Source: Octopus sinensis
Taxonomy: Eukaryota
Direction of reading: 5' to 3'
Length of the DNA: 64,000 nucleotides
Assembly: GCF_006345805.1 (NCBI RefSeq)
Contig: NC_043008.1
Location: 60,512,001-60,576,000 of the forward strand
The position numbers and the translations under genes were made by a program. Position 1 is the stretch's first letter. Each line of letters opens with the position of its first letter. The notes beneath the pieces were generated by a model, which was not told the DNA's origin, did no database searches, and was given only the letters and a program-made list of their open reading frames with translations. This document shows positions 1-12,137 of the stretch, one piece after another.

Positions 1-698
1 TCCAGTGTTATAAAGACACTGAATTTTATGATATATAGGATAGGATATATAAGACATGTAAATCAGATACTGAACTCTTAGTTTGCTTTCAGTTGACAGT
101 TAAGCTAGTAATGTATGTGTCTAATATACTATAAGACGGGAAAATATCGCATCTTCGTGTTAAAAATGCTAAAAAGATTGCTTGTGGATAGTACACTTTA
201 TCCTATGTTATATAAACTGTGAAAAAATACTGATAGACTGTTGGAGTGATGGTAAAAAGTCTCATGTTTGACAAGCTGTAACGTACCCGGACTGACGCTA
301 AATGTTTCATGTGTCTAATACTGAAACTTCTGTCTTATGTAACAAAACAATCTATAAGAAACACATATCAATGTTATAACATATTTTTCATATGTCTAAT
401 ATACTTCAAAGAACATACTAACATACTAACAGAATAACTTATCTCCTATTTTACTAATGGACTATAACAACATATAGTGATAGCCATTCTTATCTGCGTG
501 CCTAAACAGAATATAAAGAGCATATATATACGACATCTAAATGTTTCTAGATAAACTCTTAATAATACATACAAACGTAGAACTTCTTATCCGTGAGAAT
601 ATGTATAGTATATAATGTCATGTGTCTAATAAACTACTAAGGCCACATACTAACTATGTATTTTATCTGCGCAGTTAATGAATACTGAAGAACACATA

Positions 699-957
699 AA
701 TAATAAAATTAAATGCGCCCATTTTAAAGACTAGCCAGGCTCATGGACCTGTTTTCCCGGTTTCTATGGCGTGTGTGTTCACCAGCTGGACGGGACGCCA
801 GTCCATCGCAGCATTACTCATTTTTGCCGGCTGTGTAGAGCAACGAGAAATGAAGTGTTTTGCTCAAGAACACAACGCGTCGCCCGGTTCAGGAATCGAA
901 ACCACAATCTTACGATCATGGTGCTGACACCCTAACCACTAAGCCACGCGCCTCCAC
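699..957 (-). mobile_element. tRNA-derived SINE family A (CORE-like central domain), full length
   Basis: Reverse strand has A-box TGGCTTAGTGG, B-box GTTTCGATTCC and TTGAGCAAAACACTTCATTTC core. Homologous to 27946, 35709 and 55816. TSD GAAGAACACATA at 687-698 and 958-969. Confidence 0.9.
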
Positions 958-982
958 GAAGAACACATACAGACGATATAAA

Positions 983-1127
983 TATTTCTTTATTACCCGC
1001 AGGGGTCTAAACATAGAGGGGGCAAACAAGGACAGACAAAGAAATTATGTGCGTAACTGGTACTTATTTAATCGACCATGAAAGGATGAAAGGCAAAATT
1101 GACCTCGGTGGAATTTGAACTCAGAAC
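983..1127 (-). mobile_element. SINE family C, 3' part with tail-1
   Basis: GCCTTTCATCCTTTC domain plus tail ending GGGTAATAAAGAAATA on the reverse strand; internally deleted. Confidence 0.8.
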
Positions 1128-1199
1128 ATACCGACCATATAATAACGCATTTATGTATTAAGTAAATTACAGATAGGCTTTACTGACGATATGATATCT

Positions 1200-1492
1200 A
1201 TTTCTTTACTACCCACAAGGGTCTAAACACAGAGGGGACAAACAAGGAGAGACAAACTTATTTAATCGACCCCGAAAGGATGAAAGGCAAAGTCAACCTC
1301 GGCGGAATTTGAACTCAGAACGCAGCGGCAGACGAAATACCGCTGGGTATTTCGCCCGACTTGCAAACGATTCTGTCGGCTTTTAAAACACACATCGCCA
1401 TGTCTGGGAATCGCTCGGTCTGGGAATCGAAACCGCGATCCTCCGACCGCGAGTCCGCTGCCCTAACCACTGGGCCATTGCGCCTCCACGTA
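1200..1492 (-). mobile_element. Chimeric SINE: family A'-type tRNA head fused to family C body and tail-1
   Basis: 1401-1489 matches the head of 62398; 1200-1380 matches SINE-C. A single 18-bp TSD ACTGACGATATGATATCT lies at 1182-1199 and 1493-1510. Confidence 0.85.
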
Positions 1493-2329
1493 ACTGACGA
1501 TATGATATCTCATCTATGTGGCAAACAAATTAGAACGAGCATCTACTGTGAGTATGTCTAACCTATACAGCTAATATACTATTAAGAATGAACACTAATT
1601 GTATATCTTGTGTATGTGTCTAATGAGTTGTAGCGAATACATACTGGTTATAGATTAATAGAACAGAATCGGTAGACTTGCCAAAAAAAATCATTTCATA
1701 GTTTACTCATGTCCCTTGGCTTTTTTTTTTCCTCTGAGTTCAAATCCCAGTAGAGATGATTTTGCCTTTTATTTACATCGGTTCAATAAACCATTCAATC
1801 TAACACCTACCATCCACTACCACTACTACTGCTACTGCTGCTACTGTTGCTGCTGCTGCTCCTGATGATGAGAATGATGCTAGTGGTAGTAGTATTAGTA
1901 GCACACTTGTAGTTAAAATGTGTGTGGCTTTCTGCCTAAATTAGAAATCAATATTAATGTAAGTTCGATTTTCAGGTTGGAAATACTTCACATTCTTTCC
2001 CCTCACTGCTATCGTAGAAATTACCCGAATGTAACAAACCACATTCACACCTATCTTCGAAAACAAACATCGATAATCGATTGCTTGACTAGATACAGCT
2101 AATCATGAACACAGTGACATATGATGTGTTTGAATTTGACAGTAATATCAGCTTTTCTTTGTGCATATATATGTGAGTGTGTAGGTGTATGTGTGGGTGT
2201 TTGTGTTTTTGAGTGTATGTGTGTGTGTGAGTGTATGCGTGTGTGAGTGTGTGAATGTTAGTGTGTATGTGCGTGTGTGTGATTGTGTGTAGGTTTGTTT
2301 TGGTAAGTAATAGTCGTATTGTTAATCGT

Positions 2330-2548
2330 TCTTTTGCTCTTTTATTTGTTTCAGTCATTTGACTGCGGCCATGCTGGAGCACCGCCTTTTAGTCGAACAA
2401 ATCGACCCCCAGGACTTATTCTTTGTAAGCCTAGTACTTATTCTATCGGTCTGTTTTGCCGAATCGCTAAGTTACGGGGGTGGGGCATAAACAAACCAGC
2501 ATCGGTTGTCAAGTGACGTTGGGGGTGGGGACAAACACAGACACACAA

Positions 2549-2584
<36 letters not shown>

Positions 2585-2585
2585 C

Positions 2586-2628
<43 letters not shown>

Positions 2629-2820
2629 TATATACATATACATATATACATATATACGACAGGTTTCTCTTCGGTTTCTGTATACCAAATCCACTCACTA
2701 GGCTTTGGTCGGCCCGAGGCTATAGTAGAAGACACTTGCCGAAGGTGCCACGCAGTGGGACTGAACTCGGAACCATGTGATTGGTAATCAAGCTACTTAC
2801 CACACAGCCACTCCTACGCC
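2330..2820 (-). mobile_element. SINE family B (long, internal (TA)n/(TG)n tract), full length
   Basis: Head GGCGTAGGAGTGGCTGTGTGGTAAG, CORE-like CCTTCGGCAAGTGTC, internal microsatellite and tail ATGACTGAAACAAATAAAAGAG on the reverse strand; many homologous copies in the window. Confidence 0.9.
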
Positions 2821-3123
2821 CAGGTTAACAATGATCTGAAAACGCGCTTTTTCGTTTCCGTTCTACCAACCACATTTTTCGTTTAAAAACAATCTCCTGC
2901 GTAAGACACCTTTCTAACTAATAAATATATTAGCGGAAATATAAAAGATGACCTTGACAGAGTTTGTACTGAACAACTGTACAAAATGCTCTTGGAAATC
3001 CCTAAGTAATTACTCACGTTGCCCTTTCAGCATCTTTATCTCTAACAAAGCTTCCCCCAAACAAAAGAACATTAAAGAACAGCTTTATTTTGTAAATTGA
3101 TTCACTGGATTTCTTCTCCTTCT

Positions 3124-3200
3124 ATCATCATCATCATCGTCGTCGTCGTCATCGTCATCATCATCATCATCATCATCATCGTCGTCATCATCATCATCAT
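3124..3200. repeat. (CAT/CGT)n trinucleotide microsatellite
   Basis: Direct reading; source of the poly-D ORF at 3085..3279. Confidence 0.95.
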
Positions 3201-3579
3201 GATGTAATTTACGTATTTGGCAGTTTATCTTCACCTCCTTTTTTTTCCCTCTTTTAATCGACTGACTTATACCCTTCACTGTTCTTGCTGCTGCTCTTCT
3301 TCTTGTTGTTGCTTTAACTGCTACCGATGTTGTTATTTGTTGTTTTCTGTTGTTACTGTTGTTGTTGCTCTAAAACTACTACTTCCCTTGTTCTCTACTC
3401 TCCCCTCTCACACTCATCCCCATCTCCTCCACTTCATTTCCATTTAATCTTCCCCTTCTTCTCCTTCTGGTTCTTCTCTTTTTCCTCCTTAAGATTTTCC
3501 TTTATTTCAGTTCTTTCGACACGTAATTCATTTATTCCTTATTCCCGTGCTTACCCATTCTCCTTCATTAATTTACACA

Positions 3580-3616
<37 letters not shown>

Positions 3617-4424
3617 ATTATTATTATCTGCTTTATTTTTCCCGCCCATTTACGTACTTCTTTTTTCTCCTCATCTTCTTGTTCTTTCCTAACAGTCTAT
3701 TTTCTGATCTCCATTATCTTTAAATTTTTCTTTTACTCAAGATCCGCAAATTTTCTATTAACCCTCCACCCCCTACCCTCCATTGTTTCACATCTCCCAT
3801 TGTATAATTATAGAAGGTGTAAAGCAATGTTTGCAGCAACAACTGCAACAACAACAACACCAAGGACGACGACGAGGACGACAACAACAACAATAACAAC
3901 AACAACAATCACATCAGTTGTAACAAGGAAAACAACGACATTAGAATCAATCTCGAAATGTAAGGTGCAACATCCCGAGCAACATGTGCATATGCAATTG
4001 AAGCAACAACAGCAGTTGCACCCAAGGCATTTTGAACTACAACAATAAAGTCATCAACAACTGCAATCACAGAAGCTGCAATAACAACGGGAATAACAAC
4101 AACAAGATTGTCGTCCTCGGTAGTCTCTACTGCATCGAGAAGAAAGAACAGAAGCCAAACCTCGCGCGATCGCTCAACTAAATATAAATTACTGCCAAAA
4201 TTTCTCTCATATATGAACACTTTTACGCCTTAAAGGTAGACGTTGGATAAAGTAGCCCGGGGTTTCCTGCTTATTTAAAAAAAACCGGAATGGTCACATA
4301 TGGATTGTTTTTTTATTATAGGTATGGTCATCAAACAAGTATAGTCAGCAATAAAAAGAGAGAAGTATCCGTAACAGCAGCAACAAGACCATCAGTAACA
4401 CCAGTTGAAACAACCCCTTAAAAT

Positions 4425-4713
4425 AGTAGTAGTAATATTTTTGGTGGTGGTGGTAATGGTACTGGTGGTTGTGGTAGTGGTGGTGGCGGTAGTATTTTTA
4501 TTAGTAGTTGTAATAATAATTGTGGTAGTGGTAGTAATAGTGGTGGTGCTGGTGCTGGCAGTATTGCTGGAAGTAACAGTAGTGGTGGTGATATTATTAT
4601 TATTATTAGTAGTAGTAGTAGTAAAAGTAATAATAGTAGTTGTAGTAATAGTAGTAGTTGTAGTTGTAGTAAAATTAATAGTAGTAGTTGTAGTAGAAGT
4701 AGTAGAAGTAGTA

Positions 4714-4756
<43 letters not shown>

Positions 4757-4758
4757 CC
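4425..4758. repeat. (GTA/GTG)n degenerate trinucleotide tract
   Basis: Direct reading; source of poly-V/T/L ORFs in several frames. Confidence 0.95.
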
Positions 4759-4799
4759 TTGTAACTAACCAAGGGAAATAACTCAAATCACCATGTTAC

Positions 4800-4949
4800 T
4801 GTTAACAGCAACAACTGAACGCCACTAACTACAACAAAACTAACAACAAAAGCAACAATAATACATTTGACGAATCACCCACAATAATAACGACATCAGC
4901 AACAACAATATCAGCAACAACAACAACTACAACAACAACAACAACAATG

Positions 4950-4994
<45 letters not shown>

Positions 4995-5056
4995 TAATGA
5001 TGATGATAATAATAATAATAATAATATAATAATAATAATAATAATAATAATGATAA

Positions 5057-5118
<62 letters not shown>

Positions 5119-5397
5119 TAATAATAATAATAATGATAATAATAATAATAAGTGCAGTACAAACCGGTGCGATTACGTCGACAGTAGAAACGAAATCGAC
5201 AGCAACAACAACGACCACATCAGAAATAGCAAAAACAGTAACAACAATAAAGGCAACCACAGGAACGTGAACAAGAAGACGAAATAACAACAAAAATGTG
5301 AAGCAAGAACTGCATCAATAGAAAAAAGAGCAACAGCAACCGAAACGTAAGATCAACAATAGCAGCCATAACAACAACAACCACTACCAACGCCACC

Positions 5398-5429
<32 letters not shown>

Positions 5430-5480
5430 CAACACTATCGCCAAATCTATCAACACAACAACAGCAGTAGTAGTAGTAGT
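4800..5480. repeat. (ACA)n/(TAA)n degenerate trinucleotide tract
   Basis: Direct reading; near-pure (TAA)n at about 4948-5150. Confidence 0.9.
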
Positions 5481-5669
5481 AGCTATGCTATTATGATTCT
5501 CCAGAGCAGATTTCGTTTCGTTTTGTTTTGTTTTGTTTTTTTTTTTTGCTTTATGAATGCTGTGCATCATTTCTTTTGTTTTCCGTATTTTCTCTCAATT
5601 ACGCAACCTTCCTGCAAGTATTTTAGAATGGAATCTCTACAGAAAGAGATGATACGAGCAACAAATATA

Positions 5670-5733
5670 TACATCCATGTATATACATATATATATATCA
5701 TATATACATACATATATATATATACATATATAT

Positions 5734-5776
<43 letters not shown>

Positions 5777-5777
5777 C

Positions 5778-5827
<50 letters not shown>

Positions 5828-5945
5828 GTATATATATATATATATATGTATATAAATATATATGCATAGACAGAGGCACATATATAATCTTATATAGATA
5901 AGCATACGCATGCACATATGCACATGCATATATATGTATATATAT
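5670..5945. repeat. Compound (TA)n microsatellite
   Basis: Direct reading. Confidence 0.95.
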
Positions 5946-6491
5946 AAGCAAATGGTAACGGGAAGGATCATTGTAGGGGCTAAAGACGATTGTTGTGACG
6001 ATGATGATGATGGTGATGATGATGATAATGATGATGAATGAGGATGATAATGGGAGCGGGGGCGGGCGGCGGCTTCTTTACTAAATCAATCATTGTTCCA
6101 GGGATTATATTAGAGTTAAATAATAACAAGATAAGGAAAGAGAGAAAAGCAAAAAAAAAAAAAAAGAAATGAATACAAGAAGAGCGAAAAGGAAACAACA
6201 AAACACAGCAAGGAGGAAGGAAAGAAAGAAAGAAATAAGATTGAATATCCTTTCTTTCTTTTTATGTAATAGTAAATCGAGATCTTCCCGAAAGTTCCTT
6301 TGATTCTAAGTGTCGATAGCGTGACTTAGGTGATAATAGATCACTTTCTTTCAATAGAACCTACATTTATCTCGTTTAATTCCTACAGTCGTTTTATCAA
6401 TTCGCCGACTAATAGCTAACTGGATTTTCGGAACCTTTGCGCCGTGAAGTGCTCAACCATGACATAAAAAAATATACAACTAAAGTGATCT

Positions 6492-6818
6492 AAATAATAA
6501 TGACAATAATAATAATGATAATAATAATAGAAGTAAAAATAATAATAATAGTAAAAATAATAAAAATAATAGTGAAAATAATAGTAAAAATAATAGTAAT
6601 AATAATAATAATAATATAATAATATAATAATAATAATAATAATAATAACAATAATAATAAAAGTAAAAATAAAAATAATAATGATAATAGTAAAAATAAT
6701 AGTAAAAATAATAGTAATAATAATAATAATAATAATAATAGTAAAAATAATAATAATAATAATAATAATAATAGTAAAAATAATAGTAAAAATAAAAGTA
6801 AAAATAATAGTAAAAATA

Positions 6819-6879
<61 letters not shown>

Positions 6880-6890
6880 TAATAGAAAAA
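6492..6890. repeat. (TAA)n tract with recurrent 12-bp AATAATAGTAAA unit
   Basis: Direct reading. Confidence 0.9.
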
Positions 6891-7529
6891 CTGTATAGAT
6901 ATAAAATAACATAAAACGATAAGAGAACAACAGAACTGATGTATATGTTAAGCTAATCTTGCTTTACTCGGAATATCATGTAAAGCGTAATACAGGCGAA
7001 GGATGGCATAATGTGTCGAAAAAGCTTTATTAAATAACTTCTAAGCCATGCGTGTCTCGGTGTAGAAGATTCCCATAAAATCCGTATATAAGTGGATATA
7101 TGATAAGATTTCATCTTACGATTTATCAAAGCTAATCACATTATAGACACAAACCTTCTCACTAAAATATTCCATGACTCTTCCAGTTAAACATTTTTCC
7201 CTCGCTTGATGCAGGGAGCTGCGTGAGAAATCAAGCACTTATCACATATGATATTAAATCTGTTTCATATTCTGAACAGTTTCAAAGTTTGAGATGAATT
7301 ATCTTTAGATGTATTCAGTGTTGTTATTACAGTTATTATGGCAGCTGTTGTTGCTGTTGCTGTTGTTGTTGCTGTTGCTATTGTAGTTGTTGTTGTTGTT
7401 GAATGTCCGTTTTCAATATATTCACACTGTCCGATCATCTTATTAAATTTGATGATAAAACTCTTAACGGAATATCAATCTTGCTGGCGCAAATATCGAA
7501 AAACCACGTTTTCGGATCAACCAGAGAAC

Positions 7530-7600
7530 TTCTGCATGATCACTCGATTTCTAGAAGTAACAGCCAAATCTTCCTCAAACAAACGTTACTGTCTCAGTCA
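7530..7600 (+). repeat. Fragment of interspersed repeat family F
   Basis: GATCAC...CTAGAAGTAACAGCCAAATC resembles 31345-31390 and 41000-41020 (GAAATAACAGCCAAAT). Confidence 0.45.
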
Positions 7601-8041
7601 CAGGTGAAAAAGCTTCCAACATGAATCAATTAGGTAAGCGTTAACTTAAGGCTAAACAAAAGCAGCAATAACAGCCCAAAATCTCGTGTGATAATGCGAG
7701 ACTTTATATAGTAAAAAATGGCGTTCAGATCTATGTTAATGGCATCCAAACGTCCCCTAATGTGAAGAAAATATTTGATAATATAATCATAGATACGTAA
7801 TGACCGACAGAGAAGTGGGATAAGCATGGCTGTAGTATCTTTAAGCATAGGTTTGGTCAGTTAGAGTCGACTTGATGCTAAACAATGGCACTAAAAGTTC
7901 AAAGTATTTATAGCACAAGAAGAAATACCTTATCTGAGAAGGTATGCCTAAATATATAGCTGATATCCCAGGAAAGCAATAAGCGGTCATCCAGTGGTGT
8001 AAGGTCCTGGTGAAACATAACTCGAGGATTTGTGTGGCTAC

Positions 8042-8109
<68 letters not shown>

Positions 8110-8163
8110 GGTGTGTTGTGTGTGTGTGTTGTGTGTGTGTGTGTTGTGTGTGCGTGTGTGTAT

Positions 8164-8312
8164 GTGGTGAAATTTACAGAAAACCAAAAGACGAAGACAT
8201 GTGTGTGTGTATTAGTTTGACACGGGAAAGTGAGAAAGTCTCTTACGTTTCGAGCCTACGCTCTTCATCAGAAATGAATAAGAGAAAATAATCAGAGAGA
8301 ACAAAAAAAAAT
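8164..8312 (-). mobile_element. Short Penelope-like-derived element with minimal hammerhead ribozyme motif (intact CUGAUGA core at 8244-8271)
   Basis: Reverse strand reads CTGATGA-A-GAGC GTAG GCTC-GAAACGTA. Homologous to 11976, 26849 and 46911; abuts a (CA)n/(TG)n tract. Confidence 0.7.
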
Positions 8313-8354
8313 TGTGGATTTGGTGAAACTGAGACCAGTTGGTGAGTACTTGAA

Positions 8355-8560
8355 TTTACGCCACTATCCCGATGCAAATGTCGATCAAATCCGAGTCGCC
8401 ATTTCTTAACGATAAACTACTTATGATGATATGAAATACGAAAGAATTGGAAATATGATTTAAATGTCTATTAACGTTGCAACTGCTTATTATTTTACCG
8501 CATTATAATCCTCCAAGTGGGTGATACCATCGGAATTTTAGAACTGTCGAAAACCATCTA
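8355..8560 (+). mobile_element. Possible highly decayed CR1-type LINE fragment
   Basis: Manual translation HYPDANVDQIRVAIS and a frameshifted NPP-WV resemble the post-endonuclease CR1 motifs (HY..ANVDLIRRAI...W; DPPWI); many stops. Confidence 0.25.
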
Positions 8561-9804
8561 ATATTGCAACCATGTTAAGTTAATCTCCATTAAAAAAATA
8601 CACTTGAAAGATCAAAGCTGTATCAGTTTTAACTCCTTGTTATCCCAGTTAGCATGCACTTATTTTGGATTTCATGTCCGAAGAAGGCGTGCAGCCTAGT
8701 CGTTTGTGATTTCCTGACAAACAGTAGATCGTGGTTTCGTTTCATGAGCCGAACAGCGTATTTTGTTATTGAGGAGAAAACTTCATTTTACGATGCTCCC
8801 GTCTTCTCATCTCTAAATGAGTAATCTTGCTACGGACTGTTGTTTAGTAGAAATGATGTGATCCCAGTCAAAGGGACGCCGGGTAACCGGCTCTATGATT
8901 CCTTAGAGTCGAGACATTAATATATAAAGGCTCGATGTTGATGATTTTGGGAACTCTCTCGATAATTATTGTTTAACTTTAAAAAAAAATATCCTTATAA
9001 ACGCAATTTTATTCCATGTATGCAAATTTTACGCACATTTATTCATTTCTTTATTTACTTTCATTCTTTAACAATACATTTATAATTAGTTTTCGCCCCT
9101 CCCATTTCCTAACTCCACAATTATCTCTTCAAATAGCAGCTGTACTATGTTAATGAGTGAAATGAAACGGTTTTTATCATCACTCAATCAAAACTGATGG
9201 CATTTCAATATTTTCTCGTGTTCAGTTTTGATTATTCATTTTTCTCCTTCTTTACGCTGTAGTATGTTTGCTTATGTATGTATAGACGCACACATCCACG
9301 CACAACCCACACACTCACACACATACACAATGAGACTTGGAGAGAAACATGCCCCACCAGGTCTATCAATGTTCAATACACATCCAATATATATATACAT
9401 ATTCTGTAGCTTGTACGTTGTTGGACTTGGACCCACGTGCCACAACCGATTTTAACCGTGGGAGAAAACCAGACAGGAATAAAGGGCTGGCCAAAGAGGA
9501 GAATCATCGTTAGTATGAGCCTGCTATCATATTTATTGAATACCAAAAGCTGAAATGCAGGGCTCAAAGGTTAAGGATTAACTCGAAGTAGTACAGGAGG
9601 CGTCCTATGAAATCTGCTGATTTGTTGGCAAATAATATGTATATGGTATTGTATATATATATATACTATATATATATCTATATATATATATATATGTATA
9701 TAATATATATTTATCAATATAAGGGTAGCAAAAAATTCAATAGAAATTTGTTTGCCACCAGCGGTCTATGAGAAAGAGAAAATAGTCATAGACTATGTTA
9801 TATA

Positions 9805-9920
9805 ATTTCAATAACATTGAGGAACGGCCCCGAAAGGCCATTCGACCAACTAGAAAGTCTTGGCTGCTCTTTCTAGTGAATCGAATGGCCTTTCGGTGCC
9901 GTTCCTCAATGTTGTGAAAT
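9805..9920. other. ~115-bp near-perfect inverted repeat (hairpin); MITE-like or pre-miRNA-like
   Basis: 9813-9857 pairs with 9869-9913 around an 11-nt loop; one mismatch and one 3-nt internal mismatch; TA-rich flanks. Confidence 0.85.
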
Positions 9921-9922
9921 AT

Positions 9923-9954
<32 letters not shown>

Positions 9955-10287
9955 CTACGCACATTTGTGTGCGTGTGTGTATGTAAAGATTCAAGAAATC
10001 AAATAGCAACTTGTAGCCTAGTGTATGGCTATGAAGGAACATCGTGGTTAATGCTAAGATTTAATGACAGTGTCATTTTGAATGTGCTTGAATCGCAATG
10101 GTGGAGAGCATGCGTAAATATTGACCTCGTAAGACAAAGGAAGTGGGAGAATAGATATCTCTTCCAATAGTTGACTGCTGTTTCGTAATCTGTGTTTGCT
10201 ACATAAGAGAGTACATCATTTTTCACAAATACACGCATACATATGCAGAAAAGGGTAAAGTATAAGTGAGAGAGAGAGAGAGGAGAA

Positions 10288-10343
<56 letters not shown>

Positions 10344-10629
10344 GGGTGAGATTGTAGATATTATTACCTAGGCTTGTTAGAAAAATATGAATATTTTAAA
10401 TGTAGAAATATATATCAAGTTTAAAAAACGCCAAATATTGGAAATGAGATGAGAAGGTTACGAAAGACGAATAGATACAGTATAACAGACGAACATTTCT
10501 GCGAAACGTTTCTATGATATATTTGAGTTGCGGTTTCTGCAGGTGTCTTCTTTTGTTTTCAGCAACCTAATTTTTATTTTGATGAATATATTAACAGATC
10601 TCTATATAGATGTACATATGCAAATGTAC

Positions 10630-10800
10630 GTATGTATGTATGTATGTATGTATGTATGTATGTATGTATGTATGTATGTATGTATGTATGTATGTGTGTG
10701 TGTGTTTTTATATATGCATGTATATATGTATGTTTATGTATATATGTATGAATATGTTTATTTATACATGAATCTCCCTCTCTCACTTTATACACACACA

Positions 10801-10879
<79 letters not shown>

Positions 10880-10880
10880 C
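10630..10880. repeat. Compound (TATG)n / (CA)n / (TA)n microsatellite
   Basis: Direct reading. Confidence 0.95.
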
Positions 10881-11975
10881 ATTATCTACAATAAACACCG
10901 CAAAGTATTTTTTTATTCCTTTCCCACTCTAGATAGTGTCATAAAATACTAATTTACAATAATACTATCTACATTACAATATATTAAAAAAAAAGTTATA
11001 TCTTGTCAAGTCAATAATTTTTAAAAAATTTAAAATATAGTATCTTATAGCATCGCCATCATTACTTCTACTTCAGCAAATATTACTTTTACCTCGAAAT
11101 GCTTGGCAAATGTATTTCTGTCTATAATTCTTCTGTTAGTCTGTATGGAATTAAGGTTGCGACTGGAATATCCCAGACCAAATGAAGCAACATCTGATAC
11201 TACATTCCGCGTAATACATCAAATTGCTAGAACGAACTCACCCAACGTGGAGTCACTGTCTGTGTGTGACAGTTTCAAAAAATTCATACAAAAAAGACAT
11301 GAAAATGAAAAAAAAATAAAATAACAAAAACAGGGGGAAAAAATAGGGCAAAATAACTAGAACAGGATTCGAAATTATAAGTTTGTTGAACAAATGTCAT
11401 TAAAAATAATTTTAGCAAAAGCTCTTGAGCAAACGAGGTGCTGTAAATTTGTTTTTTCAGGTCATCTTGTTTGTGCTCAGTATTTTCATCGTTTTCGTTT
11501 GTGGTCTTCATAAACAATGACTGAGCTAGAAATGTAGTTCAACGTCGGTTCTTTTTATTAAGTCTGATATTCTTCAGAGAATGCATCTTCAATCTAAAGT
11601 GAAAATCAGGTTATAACACTTTTTTTTTCAGAAGTAAAGACTTAACTAATCAATAAAAGGATAGGTAATCTACTTCTTAACATAAATGCAATACATGGAG
11701 AATTTAGAAAAAGAAAAAAAGTTAATTACATCTGTGTGTCTGTCAGTCTGTTTACCTCTGTTCCCTCTCTCTCTTTCTCTCTCTCTCTCTGTCTCTCTCT
11801 GTCTCTCTCTGTCTCTCTCTCTCTTACTCAACATACACACATATAAATATATATGCTCACATACACAGAGACATATATCGCGCATATATATATATACACA
11901 TATATATATACGTACTTACACACACACATATATATATATATTATATACGTACATATACACATACATTCATAAACA

Positions 11976-12137
11976 TCTCCTTGTTTCTCTCCTCGTTTCT
12001 TTCTGTGTTCCTTTCTGTGAAAGAGCGTAGGCTCGAAACGTAAAATACTTTTTTCAATTCCTGAGCGTTATACTAATGCATCTGTTTGTTTTCTACACCA
12101 CCTGTATTCGTCTTTTACTTTTTTCGTGAATTCTCCC
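11976..12137 (+). mobile_element. Penelope-like-derived element, degenerate hammerhead motif (12015-12042)
   Basis: CTGTGAA-AGAGCGTAGGCTC-GAAACGTA; flanks homologous to the 26849 and 46911 copies. Confidence 0.7.

Noticed and set aside
7201-7280. Small stem-loop and GATATTAAA suggesting an snRNA fragment
   Set aside because: Similarity to U2 is limited to about 9 nt; no Sm site or other snRNA features.
7630-7848. ORF with RGRLDAINIDLNAIF resembling RT motif 3 (D..KAFD)
   Set aside because: Key KAFD residues are absent and no neighbouring RT motifs were found.
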